Source: Phapecoctavirus DIJ07P2 | DNA: 64,000 nucleotides | Reading direction: 5' to 3' (one strand) | Sequence record: OZ035771.1 | Shown: positions 15,405-23,766 of the stretch, piece after piece | Layout: each line of letters opens with the position of its first letter | Numbering within the stretch: the stretch's first letter is position 1 | Notes under the pieces: model-generated | Database searches by the model: none | What the model was told of the DNA's origin: nothing | What the model saw: the letters and a program-made list of their open reading frames with translations, nothing else | Made by a program: the position numbers and the translations under genes

Positions 15405-15433
15405 TTGACAAGTGTTTATTCGTTTTGTAAAGT
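15405..15433 (+). promoter_or_regulatory. sigma70-like promoter upstream of recombinase
   Basis: TTGACA 15405, 17-nt spacer, TAAAGT. Confidence 0.4.
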
Positions 15434-15462
15434 GAGAATACAGCAATGGTTTAGGAGTGGTT

Positions 15463-16134
15463 ATGAAAAAGTTTGTTGTTTACAGTCGTCTTTCTAAACA
15501 GAAAAAAGGTGAGGCACAATATGGTATGGAGAGCCAAGAGAACGATATCCGTTACTTCTTAGACTCTGTGCCTGATGCTGAAGTTATTGGTCAATTTTCT
15601 GAATACTATTCGGGTAAGGGCGATTGGAAGCAACGTAAGGAACTGGTTAAAGCGGTTGAAATGTGTAAAGCTACCGGAGCAACTTTATTGGTAGCTAAAG
15701 TTGACCGCTTGGGTCGTAACAACGCATCCGTAGCAACTCTTCTAGAAATGATTGATGTTAAGATAGCCATCATGCCAGACGCAGATAAAATGGTTATACA
15801 GCTTCTGTCTGTTCTGGCTGAACAAGAAGTTAGAGGTATTGCTGATCGTATTAAAAAGGGTCTTGCTGTAGCAAAAAGCAAAGGTGTTTTATTAGGCAGT
15901 GCTAATCCTAAAACTGCTGCTGCACGTAGAAAAGGAAAAATGGAATACAATTCTGTTAAAGCAGACGCTTTTGCAGAGACATTTCGTGAACGCTTGGAGA
16001 TCCTTAGAGATTTAAATACACCTTACAAAACTATTGCTGAAAAATTCAATAGTAAGAAAATAGCAACAGCACGTGGTGGTAAATGGGATGCTAAAACTGT
16101 TTCTCGTTTGTGTGCCAGACTTAACATTAAATAG
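15463..16134 (+). CDS. serine recombinase (resolvase/invertase family)
   Basis: YSRLSK nucleophile context, VDRLGRN motif, VLAEQEVRGIADRIKKG helix; track ORF 15457 trimmed to ATG 15463 after AGGAG. Confidence 0.65.
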   Translation: MKKFVVYSRLSKQKKGEAQYGMESQENDIRYFLDSVPDAEVIGQFSEYYSGKGDWKQRKELVKAVEMCKATGATLLVAKVDRLGRNNASVATLLEMIDVKIAIMPDADKMVIQLLSVLAEQEVRGIADRIKKGLAVAKSKGVLLGSANPKTAAARRKGKMEYNSVKADAFAETFRERLEILRDLNTPYKTIAEKFNSKKIATARGGKWDAKTVSRLCARLNIK

Positions 16135-16142
16135 GAGAGGAT

Positions 16143-16565
16143 ATGAAACAAGAAAATGAATCTGTAGATCACTTAATCATGCTGTCAGCCCTTTTTGCCG
16201 GATGGGACGTATTTTTTGAAAATTTATTCAATTCTGCTACAGATGGTTCCGATTTTATGCGGCAGTTTAAACGACGAACTGTTGAGGACTATGCTTTCTA
16301 TTCAGGTCGGATTGAAAAAGGTTACGAAGATACAAATACAACACTCACCATTAAAGTTTTAGATGTGATGTTTAGTGTTATAGATGCTATCGACGAAAGT
16401 CTTCCGATCCTAGACAATTGTAATACGAAAGCCTATGTTTACAAAATAGCTCGTGCTTATGTGTCTGCAAACAGTTGTCTTCTTTCCACCCAGATTGCCG
16501 TGAACAATCTTGCCAACTTGTTTGACGAAGGAGAAACTTTTTATGACAATCGATTTGAAGTGTAA
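16143..16565 (+). CDS. hypothetical protein (140 aa)
   Basis: track ORF. Confidence 0.5.
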   Translation: MKQENESVDHLIMLSALFAGWDVFFENLFNSATDGSDFMRQFKRRTVEDYAFYSGRIEKGYEDTNTTLTIKVLDVMFSVIDAIDESLPILDNCNTKAYVYKIARAYVSANSCLLSTQIAVNNLANLFDEGETFYDNRFEV

Positions 16566-16908
16566 GAGGATTCTTTTAGATTTCTATAATAATTGGTTAG
16601 AACACCTCCGTCTCTTTCCAAGAGAAAGTGGTTACGCTGATGTTGGCTTATGCCGAGGTCTGCGTATGTATATAAGTGATGAATTTCGGGCCGAGCATTC
16701 TTTAGCATATTCTGTTTATGGTATGCAATTAGCCAGTTTTGAAAACGCTGGCTTAGATACAACTTTCCCATTTAACACAGCAAAATCTTTTGAGCAAGAG
16801 TGTAAGGAAAAACGTTGCATGTTTAATGAAAAACGTGTACAGTGGGTTAAGGATCGAGTTAAACAACTGGAACAAGAGTTGGATTTCTTTTATGACGAGG
16901 CAGAATAA
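16543..16908 (+). CDS. hypothetical protein, paralog family A
   Basis: GLCRGL and EKRVQWVKDRVKQLEQ motifs; track ORF 16510 trimmed to ATG 16543 (GAAGGAG RBS). Confidence 0.5.
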   Translation: MTIDLKCKRILLDFYNNWLEHLRLFPRESGYADVGLCRGLRMYISDEFRAEHSLAYSVYGMQLASFENAGLDTTFPFNTAKSFEQECKEKRCMFNEKRVQWVKDRVKQLEQELDFFYDEAE

Positions 16909-17180
16909 TGGATAGACAAACCTTAAAAACAATGGCAGATGCTACTAATTCCCCGTACTTTGAAAAAGTAAGTAAATTGGTAGTTCAAGCCGCAGAGGAA
17001 GGATATTATAACATAAACATCCACAACCCAAATCTTATACTAGAAATGCCAAGTGATAAGAAGATACAAGAGAGTATCTGTGAAGGTATTGTTAGTTACT
17101 GGCGCGAGCGTGGGTGTGGTGCAAACATGGCTTTAGACAGTGCAAACATTGTAAGATATATAAATATTTCTTGGGGATGA
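16908..17180 (+). CDS. hypothetical protein (90 aa)
   Basis: track ORF. Confidence 0.5.
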   Translation: MDRQTLKTMADATNSPYFEKVSKLVVQAAEEGYYNINIHNPNLILEMPSDKKIQESICEGIVSYWRERGCGANMALDSANIVRYINISWG

Positions 17181-17184
17181 TTTT

Positions 17185-17796
17185 ATGATTCAATGCACTC
17201 ATATCCAAATTACTTGGAGAGATGAACTTTACCATTTGGGACAATTTACTGTAGGGGAAACATACCTTGTCATTAAACATAATCCTAACATCGCAAACTT
17301 TGACAGGATGGTTCTTGTTGAGGACGATCTAGGTCAAACTTATTCTTTAGATCTAAAATATCCGTTTTCTTACGGCTACGATTGGATCGTTACTTTTGAA
17401 GACGTGGAGGAAAATAAAACAATGAACGAAAAAAATTCTTGGTATTATCGTTGTGAACTGCCGCCAGTAGGTGAAAAGGTTATCTTTGTTCCTGATTTGG
17501 AAAGATATTCTTGGGACAGTTCTTATTCTGTTCCTAAAGAAGGCACCGAAGTTGAAGTTATTGCACATCGCACAACTTCGCATGGTAACGATGTAGCAGT
17601 TGTTTTCTGGGATGATGAAGGCGCTGCTTGTGCAGGTGGCTTTGTTGCAGGTAATTTTGAACCGCTGCCAGATCCTTTGAAGGAGGCAATTTTAGGCGTA
17701 GCTTCTTTTGGACTCTCTTACACATCTGCACAAGAGATCGTAGAAGGTATTTTAAACGGTACCGTTCCAAACGAAATTTTTAAACAGATTAAATAA
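17185..17796 (+). CDS. hypothetical protein (203 aa)
   Basis: track ORF. Confidence 0.55.
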   Translation: MIQCTHIQITWRDELYHLGQFTVGETYLVIKHNPNIANFDRMVLVEDDLGQTYSLDLKYPFSYGYDWIVTFEDVEENKTMNEKNSWYYRCELPPVGEKVIFVPDLERYSWDSSYSVPKEGTEVEVIAHRTTSHGNDVAVVFWDDEGAACAGGFVAGNFEPLPDPLKEAILGVASFGLSYTSAQEIVEGILNGTVPNEIFKQIK

Positions 17797-17799
17797 TAG

Positions 17800-18208
17800 T
17801 TGCACCCCGTTCTGCGGGGTGTTATTGTATACGTAAAGGAGGCGCTAATGTATTACACTGAAGACTACATATTGTATAACTTTTTTAAAGGCTGGTTGAA
17901 ATGGGCTGAACAAGCTCCTGTCGGAGATTGTGTTTTTCCTTGGGATTCTCGTCAAGGTTTGTGTCGTTGTTTGGAAGATTGGCTTATAACCACAAACTAC
18001 AACTCAGAAACTAAGAAATCTACATCACAGAGACTAAAAAATGTTATTTGAAGAAGATGGTTTAGATCCGATTTATCCTTTCGGTGAGGAAAGTTTCCAC
18101 AATGGTCTTTTCCTTGGCACTCAACATTATGATAAAGATCGTGTAGATTGGGTAAAAGAAAAGGTAGCACAGTATGAATGGGGGTTAAGAATTATCACCG
18201 CTGGTTAG
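17800..18208 (+). pseudogene. paralog family A member split by a frameshift in an A6 run (or sequencing indel)
   Basis: GLCRCL motif in ORF 17800..18051, LDPIYPFGEE and DRVDWVKEKV motifs in the next frame (18041..18208); junction at CTAAAAAATG 18034-18043. Confidence 0.45.
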
Positions 18209-18378
18209 AAAGCTATCTTAAGAAATGCGAACTTGGTGTTCCAGGTTATACTTACGACACGGACGAGATTCTTGATGAAATGGAAGTTTGGTTTAAAGAG
18301 CCTCGTGAACTATTGGCAAATATTCTAATGGCTTGGGATGGTACGGCACAAAGCATCGAAGGAGGTAGAAATGAGTAA
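18178..18378 (+). CDS. hypothetical protein (66 aa; weak)
   Basis: track ORF overlapping the end of the frameshifted gene. Confidence 0.3.
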   Translation: MGVKNYHRWLESYLKKCELGVPGYTYDTDEILDEMEVWFKEPRELLANILMAWDGTAQSIEGGRNE

Positions 18379-18504
18379 GAAATTGTTTAATATTCGTGAG
18401 AATCGTGATGGATCGTTCTCTGTAGTCAATGAATTTAACGTTTCGGTTGGGACTTTTATTACTAAACGTCAAGCAGAACAAGTAAGAGATACTTTAAACA
18501 AGTA
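18370..18504 (+). CDS. hypothetical micro-protein (44 aa)
   Basis: ATG after GGAGGTAGAA; below track cutoff. Confidence 0.4.
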
Positions 18505-18522
18505 AGTTTTTAAGGGGGACTT

Positions 18523-18942
18523 ATGTTAGGTAAGATCAAAGCTTTTTTCAAACGTGTTATTGAAGGAAGTCCAACAGAAGGTGCATTAGGAAGATCCCTA
18601 ACAGGAGAACCACTTGCCATAATTTCTATCAGTCGGCATGGTGGATATTCCATTCGACAAACACCTTTAGGTATAAAAGGTAGTATGCTTTCTTGGACAA
18701 TATCTCAAGTTGGTGATAACAGGCTTGCAGCTATAGCATTGCTTCGTGGGGAGTATGACTATTGTTTATCAGCATCTTGTAAAAAGCACCTTATAGAGCA
18801 CATTAGAGACAGAGTAGAAAGAGAAGGCGGATACTTCTTCGAAACTAAGAGAAACCAACAAGGGACTCTTGACTTCACTAAGGTTTACTGGGACAATCAT
18901 ACTCGTCAAACTGTTGAACAAATTCTGGAGGAAAGATGTTAA
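18523..18942 (+). CDS. hypothetical protein (139 aa)
   Basis: track ORF; AAGGGGGA RBS. Confidence 0.55.
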   Translation: MLGKIKAFFKRVIEGSPTEGALGRSLTGEPLAIISISRHGGYSIRQTPLGIKGSMLSWTISQVGDNRLAAIALLRGEYDYCLSASCKKHLIEHIRDRVEREGGYFFETKRNQQGTLDFTKVYWDNHTRQTVEQILEERC

Positions 18943-19145
18943 AAGCTTTTGCTATATACTCTACTGTAGGATTCTTTTATTGGATTATAGTTATTGTTGG
19001 ATGTTGGTTAGGTTCTTGTGTTGTAATGGGAGAATGGTTAACATACAATGTATTTGAATGGGATGTAGTTTGTAGATCATTACTTGTTATATGGACTGTT
19101 ATTGTTTGTTGGATAACTGTTAGTCTAACATTGGATCTATACTGA
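18936..19145 (+). CDS. small membrane protein (69 aa)
   Basis: two hydrophobic helices, Cys/Trp-rich. Confidence 0.45.
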   Translation: MLKAFAIYSTVGFFYWIIVIVGCWLGSCVVMGEWLTYNVFEWDVVCRSLLVIWTVIVCWITVSLTLDLY

Positions 19146-19438
19146 TTAATAGATGGTAGATAGATGATCATAGTTTATCTACCTTCACTTACGTTTCATA
19201 CCTCACTATCGTGAGTAACATGAAACATTATTATATAGAAATCTACTACTCGCTATCGCTCGTAAACATATGTTTAGGGTACCATATTTTTTTGAAAAAG
19301 TCAATGCTGATTCACCTATCAATTATCTGTTTAAGATAAGTCTTACCTATCAATCTAAGTCTTAACTAGTATTGCACCTATAGTAAGACTATTCCTATAG
19401 TTATTAACCCTCTTCTTCTGTAGAATGTAATTAGATCC
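19146..19438. repeat. hairpins and iteron-like short repeats upstream of the 19506 operon
   Basis: GGTAGATA..TATCTACC hairpin; GTTTCAT..CCTCAC-tatc-GTGAG..ATGAAAC nested hairpin; ACCTAT(C)AAT x2, CCTATAG x2, AAGTCTTA/TAAGACT inverted. Confidence 0.45.
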
Positions 19439-19467
19439 TTGACAAACTCACAAAACTTGTGTTACAT
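19439..19467 (+). promoter_or_regulatory. sigma70-like promoter
   Basis: TTGACA 19439, 17-nt spacer, TTACAT. Confidence 0.45.
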
Positions 19468-19505
19468 TGTGTCTCACAGGTGAATAATACCGAACAGGAG
19501 GAAGA

Positions 19506-19721
19506 ATGAGTTCCAATTTTCTATACAAAGCAAAAGATTCACGAGATGGAGAGAACCATTGGTGGTTGATCACAGAAGATGGTGTTATCATCCTACCGTG
19601 GGACGGAGAGACGAAAGTTCAAATATTAGAGAAAGTAAAAGGTGTTAGTTTTAATGTTAGTCATGACATAACAACTTTCAAAGCTTTTGCTATGAATCCT
19701 AGTCTTGTTGCTGAATGGTAA
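19506..19721 (+). CDS. hypothetical protein (71 aa)
   Basis: track ORF; AGGAGGAAGA RBS. Confidence 0.55.
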   Translation: MSSNFLYKAKDSRDGENHWWLITEDGVIILPWDGETKVQILEKVKGVSFNVSHDITTFKAFAMNPSLVAEW

Positions 19722-19953
19722 TCCAGGAGAAAATATGACTAAAATGTATGCAGCCGTTGATAAGCTGGATGGGTCTGATTCTGTTTTTATTTTGAATAAA
19801 ATGGGTGTCTTAGTTTATGCCCGAACTTCTCAAAACATAGAACACCAAGTGGAAGCAGCACAAATTTTAGAGCAAATAACCCCTCCATACCTATACTCAA
19901 ATGTTGAGCGTTTTAACGATGCACTTGGTTTGACGTTAATAGCGGAATGGTAA
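19705..19953 (+). CDS. hypothetical protein (82 aa)
   Basis: track ORF. Confidence 0.5.
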   Translation: MLLNGNPGENMTKMYAAVDKLDGSDSVFILNKMGVLVYARTSQNIEHQVEAAQILEQITPPYLYSNVERFNDALGLTLIAEW

Positions 19954-20153
19954 TAATGGCGAAAATGTTGGAAATTGATAATGTCGTAACAATCACTACG
20001 TCCATACCTTGTCCTCCTATGCCTTGCCCCTATTGTGGTGGTGCAGGATATGTTATGGCGGATGTAGGTCAAATTTACGAGTGTAACCCGTGCAAAACCA
20101 CAGGCTATATCGAAATAGAATCAGAGGAGAAACACTATGAGCCAAAACGCTAA
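19947..20153 (+). CDS. zinc-finger micro-protein (68 aa)
   Basis: CPYCGGAGY...CNPCKTTGY, CxxCxGxG-type repeats. Confidence 0.5.
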   Translation: MVIMAKMLEIDNVVTITTSIPCPPMPCPYCGGAGYVMADVGQIYECNPCKTTGYIEIESEEKHYEPKR

Positions 20154-20586
20154 AGAAAAAGAAGTAATCACGGTAATCCGTCAGATGGAAGGTGCCGAAA
20201 ACAATGCTTTTGTTACTAAGATTCTTCTTAATATCTTTGAAGATATTATTTTAAACAATCCTGGTCATAAAGATTATCAGTATGATGTTATGATGGGTGC
20301 TTTGCTTGAGATTAACAAAAACACTTTTGCTGAATATGAGCAACACATGCTTTTACCAGAGGAAGATCAGGATTATTTGTTATCTGGTGCTTTAAGTGCA
20401 CAAGAAAATTTCTACCACGTTCTTAATATGGCTTATGCAGATGAACTTGCTGTTTCCCTTGAAGAGCGTATTCAAATGGTTCGTGATGTGATGAATGAAC
20501 AAATCCAAGAAGTTGAAGACTTGGTAGCAGAACCTTTAGCAGAAATTCGTGCAGCTATTGAAAAACAAAAAGGAACTCAATCATGA
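20137..20586 (+). CDS. hypothetical protein (149 aa)
   Basis: track ORF. Confidence 0.5.
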   Translation: MSQNAKEKEVITVIRQMEGAENNAFVTKILLNIFEDIILNNPGHKDYQYDVMMGALLEINKNTFAEYEQHMLLPEEDQDYLLSGALSAQENFYHVLNMAYADELAVSLEERIQMVRDVMNEQIQEVEDLVAEPLAEIRAAIEKQKGTQS

Positions 20587-20750
20587 TGCAAGTAGGTGAT
20601 GTGGTTTGCCTTAAAGGTGCAAACAAACAAATGACAGTAATAGAAAGTTATGGTGAATCTTGTAAAGTAACTTGGTTCGATGAAAACGGGGAATTGCAAC
20701 ACGCCATATTCGATCAAAAAGCTTTGAGGAAGGTTGAAGAAAAAGAATGA
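20583..20750 (+). CDS. small conserved-type protein (55 aa)
   Basis: ATGA-overlapped ORF MMQVGDVVCLKGANKQMTV...WFDENGELQ; below track cutoff. Confidence 0.45.
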   Translation: MMQVGDVVCLKGANKQMTVIESYGESCKVTWFDENGELQHAIFDQKALRKVEEKE

Positions 20751-21010
20751 GCCATCCGTCAATATTTTTCTGTTTTGTAGATCTTGAAAACGAGTCTTTA
20801 ATCGTTGATAGTGAGGGTTACTTCACTTATTGGGAATCCGAGCACGAAACTATAAGCGTAGTGAAAGAAATTATGCAAACTAATCCAAACCTACCAGCAC
20901 ATAAGTACGGTATTGCAAAAGTGTTTGTTACTAAAACAGAGTACACAAAAGAGCGAAGCACTTTGTATCATAATATTGAAGTGATTCACTATTTCAAAGA
21001 TGTTATTTAG
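20747..21010 (+). CDS. hypothetical protein (87 aa)
   Basis: track ORF. Confidence 0.5.
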   Translation: MSHPSIFFCFVDLENESLIVDSEGYFTYWESEHETISVVKEIMQTNPNLPAHKYGIAKVFVTKTEYTKERSTLYHNIEVIHYFKDVI

Positions 21011-21018
21011 GAGGTTAT

Positions 21019-21627
21019 ATGGAAGAGAAGATTTGGGATGGTAAAGATCCTTTAGAAGTGGGACATGTAGCACGTGTCAAAAAATCTACTACAGGCCCTG
21101 GTTTTTCTGGTTCGTATCATATACCAGAAGAGGGTCAGCACGTTACAATTTTGGCTCGTGACAAACAAAACGGAGCAACGCCTGTGTGGATTGTTCGTTG
21201 GTATGACAAAGATCTTAACATTTGCTTGTCACCTATTATGGCTCATTTGCTGGAAGCCCCTTGCTCTGAAGAAGCTCTCATTTTTGTTTCGGCTTTTCAG
21301 AAAGCCACAGGTTTAACATTAGATGCAAAAGATGTGCAAAAAGCATTTGACATTATTCAGGAAGACAACGATACTACATCTAACGACGAACTGGTTGAAG
21401 TTACAATCTTATCTTCAGCAGATATTCGAGAGATTGATAATTGTGATTTTCCAATCACATTTAAAATGTCACAGAAAGACGTGCAGTCATCTGGAAGTTG
21501 TTTTGGTATACCTCGTTGGTTTTTTGATTCTATCAAAAATTCTACTACAGAGGGATCAGATTATGATCAAGATGACATGCTTTGGTTCTTAAAAAACCGA
21601 GAGATTGTTCTCTCACCACTTAAGTAA
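21019..21627 (+). CDS. hypothetical protein (202 aa)
   Basis: track ORF; GGAGG RBS. Confidence 0.55.
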   Translation: MEEKIWDGKDPLEVGHVARVKKSTTGPGFSGSYHIPEEGQHVTILARDKQNGATPVWIVRWYDKDLNICLSPIMAHLLEAPCSEEALIFVSAFQKATGLTLDAKDVQKAFDIIQEDNDTTSNDELVEVTILSSADIREIDNCDFPITFKMSQKDVQSSGSCFGIPRWFFDSIKNSTTEGSDYDQDDMLWFLKNREIVLSPLK

Positions 21628-21636
21628 GGAGAAATA

Positions 21637-21738
21637 ATGGTTTCATTTATCGTAGGTGTAGTTGTAGGCTATCTTATTAACAAATATCAAGACGTTATCA
21701 CGGCAAAAGTAAAAGACATTTTAGACTCATCTAAATAA
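21637..21738 (+). CDS. hydrophobic micro-protein (33 aa)
   Basis: ATG 21637 after TAAGGAGAAATA; MVSFIVGVVVGYLINKYQ... Confidence 0.4.
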   Translation: MVSFIVGVVVGYLINKYQDVITAKVKDILDSSK

Positions 21739-21747
21739 TCTATCAAA

Positions 21748-21775
21748 GCTGCATCTTCAATAGGTGCAGCCTTTT
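21748..21775 (+). terminator. terminator-like hairpin
   Basis: GCTGCA..TGCAGC stem followed by CTTTT. Confidence 0.4.
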
Positions 21776-21790
21776 AAAAGGAGATACGGC

Positions 21791-21964
21791 ATGACTAAAC
21801 GCACTGATTTTAAATGTATGCATTGTGGGAAATCTTTTGGGGATCATCAAGCTCGCACATTCAATTGTCCACGTAAAGGTCGCGGAAATTTTAAAGGTTT
21901 TAATACCGCACATGTTTATTCTCCAGATTACGATAAACCAGAAGAAGAAAAATTTGTTATTTAA
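21791..21964 (+). CDS. zinc-ribbon micro-protein (57 aa)
   Basis: track ORF 21764 trimmed to ATG 21791 (AAAGGAG RBS); CMHCGK...FNCPRKG. Confidence 0.5.
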   Translation: MTKRTDFKCMHCGKSFGDHQARTFNCPRKGRGNFKGFNTAHVYSPDYDKPEEEKFVI

Positions 21965-21976
21965 TAAGGAGGTAAT

Positions 21977-22258
21977 ATGGAACTCGTTCAAGAACTGTAT
22001 AATGCTTTAGGAGCAAAAGGAAAAGATTGGCCCGAACATGCGCTTATTGCTATAAGAGACTCCGATGGTGAGATTAAGTTTTCAAGCGTAAGTAAAGAGC
22101 ACATTGTACAAACAAAACTGGGTATTTATATGCGTGGAACTTATTGCTTATTCAACACCAGAATGGTAGAAGCCCCTGTTATCGAGGATGGAACAAAAGG
22201 TTGCCCCACAATCGTAACAAAAGCTGAATATGAGAAGTTTTTCTACGCTAAGGCTTGA
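21977..22258 (+). CDS. hypothetical protein (93 aa)
   Basis: track ORF; AAGGAGG RBS. Confidence 0.55.
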   Translation: MELVQELYNALGAKGKDWPEHALIAIRDSDGEIKFSSVSKEHIVQTKLGIYMRGTYCLFNTRMVEAPVIEDGTKGCPTIVTKAEYEKFFYAKA

Positions 22259-22302
22259 CACAGAAACAATACTATAGGATAGTGATTCTATCGTAGCAAT
22301 AG

Positions 22303-22325
22303 AACCCGCTTCGGCGGGTTTTTTC
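22303..22325 (+). terminator. rho-independent terminator
   Basis: AACCCGC-ttcg-GCGGGTT followed by TTTTT. Confidence 0.7.
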
Positions 22326-22349
22326 ATATCTGTAGCAATAGGAGGTCGT

Positions 22350-22580
22350 GTGTTAAATAAAATCGAAGAAGGTTGTATGGCATTTTTGGTAGATAACCCG
22401 TTTCCGTTTATGGTTAAGATCCACATAGGAGAGTATTTAGGTAATGACGAATGGGATTGTAGTATCAATAGTGAAATGCACCACTACCAACCAACAATCC
22501 TTAAGACGGATCAAATGGCGCGTATTACAGTAGAGGATGAATTGATTATTGAGTTATACGAGAGAGCACTACACAAGTAA
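22350..22580 (+). CDS. hypothetical protein (76 aa; GTG start)
   Basis: track ORF; AGGAGG 4 nt upstream of GTG. Confidence 0.4.
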   Translation: MLNKIEEGCMAFLVDNPFPFMVKIHIGEYLGNDEWDCSINSEMHHYQPTILKTDQMARITVEDELIIELYERALHK

Positions 22581-22623
22581 GCTAGAACCCACCTAAATCA
22601 AACAGAGACGCTCTAAAATAGGA

Positions 22624-22650
22624 AAGGCACCCAAGTGGGTGCCTTTATTT
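22624..22650. terminator. bidirectional terminator between convergent modules
   Basis: AAGGCACCC-aagt-GGGTGCCTT with A-tract upstream and T-tract downstream. Confidence 0.65.
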
Positions 22651-22922
22651 TATTCTTCGTTAGATTGCGTTTCAGACGCGTTAAATTCGGTTTCAGTACA
22701 ACTTGCTAGGTAACTTATGTTTTGCATCACTACAACTACAGGTGTTTTAAGTTTATCTTCTAGCCCAGCAGCCACTTGAGCCAAGGCATTATCAATATTT
22801 GATTTCCTAACACCTGTTCCATGCCCTGTTGCCAAGTAAAGATTACCTTCCCCTTTTTGTGTAGCATTAGCAAAGTAGTAAACGTAATGTGCAAGGTAGT
22901 AATCACGGATTTCTTCAGTCAT
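22650..22922 (-). CDS. hypothetical protein (90 aa)
   Basis: track ORF. Confidence 0.45.
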   Translation of the reverse strand: MTEEIRDYYLAHYVYYFANATQKGEGNLYLATGHGTGVRKSNIDNALAQVAAGLEDKLKTPVVVVMQNISYLASCTETEFNASETQSNEE

Positions 22923-22965
22923 TTTATTCTCCTAATAAGAAAGGGGCCGAAGCCCCTTGAGTGGT

Positions 22966-23766
22966 TTATTTGTTTAAATGGTCTTCAACCATTTTGATAA
23001 AGCCTTCATCACTGAAGACTGTTCCTGCTTTCTCTCGGTAGACAAGCACTCCACGTTCTTCGTAGAGAGTTTGTTCTACAAAATTCAAACCTGGGTTAAC
23101 TACAACCATCTTAACCCCAATATTCAGGGCAGGGAAGAGTTCCCAGTTGAAGTTGATTACTTGGTTAGAGCAGCCTACAACGATAACCATATCTTGTGAT
23201 GTTAGTTGATCCAGTTTGTGATACATGTCTGTGTAGAGCGGTGCATTCTCACCAAAAAACACCACATTAGGCTTCACATATTTGTAATCGTCTACATCAA
23301 TAGCTGCGTAACCCACATCTTTGATAATTTTGTTATCAACAACAACTTCTGGCAAGAAACCATGAACGTGCAATATTTCTTCTCTATCGATTCCAGCGCG
23401 TTCTAATAGATCGTCAACGTTAGTAGTGATGTTAATAATCCTTTCTGCACCGTATTTTTCGAACCATTCTCCAATCTGAAGATGTGCTGGATTCGGGTCA
23501 ACTTTCTCTAATTCCACGCGACGTTTATTGTAGAAGTCGTGAGTTTTACGGTAGAGGTTATATCCTTCCACATCTAAGCCACCCATAGCATCAGGAATAC
23601 CCTGTTCTTGCTGATAACCGGCACGGAAGTTGAAAATGTCACAAACCTCAGAAAGATCATAAGAAGACCATAACGCCTCCCCTGAAGAAGTATCTGTTCT
23701 AAAAGCTGGGATACCGCTATCCACAGATAGTCCTGCGCCAGTTATGAATATGACTCTACGCGGCAT
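22966..23766 (-). CDS. Sir2-family protein (no zinc ribbon)
   Basis: GAGLSVDSGIPAFR, TTNVDDL, HG, VVFFGE motifs; no CxxC...CxxC module. Confidence 0.7.
   Translation of the reverse strand: MPRRVIFITGAGLSVDSGIPAFRTDTSSGEALWSSYDLSEVCDIFNFRAGYQQEQGIPDAMGGLDVEGYNLYRKTHDFYNKRRVELEKVDPNPAHLQIGEWFEKYGAERIINITTNVDDLLERAGIDREEILHVHGFLPEVVVDNKIIKDVGYAAIDVDDYKYVKPNVVFFGENAPLYTDMYHKLDQLTSQDMVIVVGCSNQVINFNWELFPALNIGVKMVVVNPGLNFVEQTLYEERGVLVYREKAGTVFSDEGFIKMVEDHLNK

Noticed and set aside
15457-16134. Serine recombinase as evidence of a prophage integration module
   Set aside because: No att-like repeats, no excisionase, no repressor/lysogeny genes; the surrounding content is lytic-phage-like, so only the enzyme family is reported.
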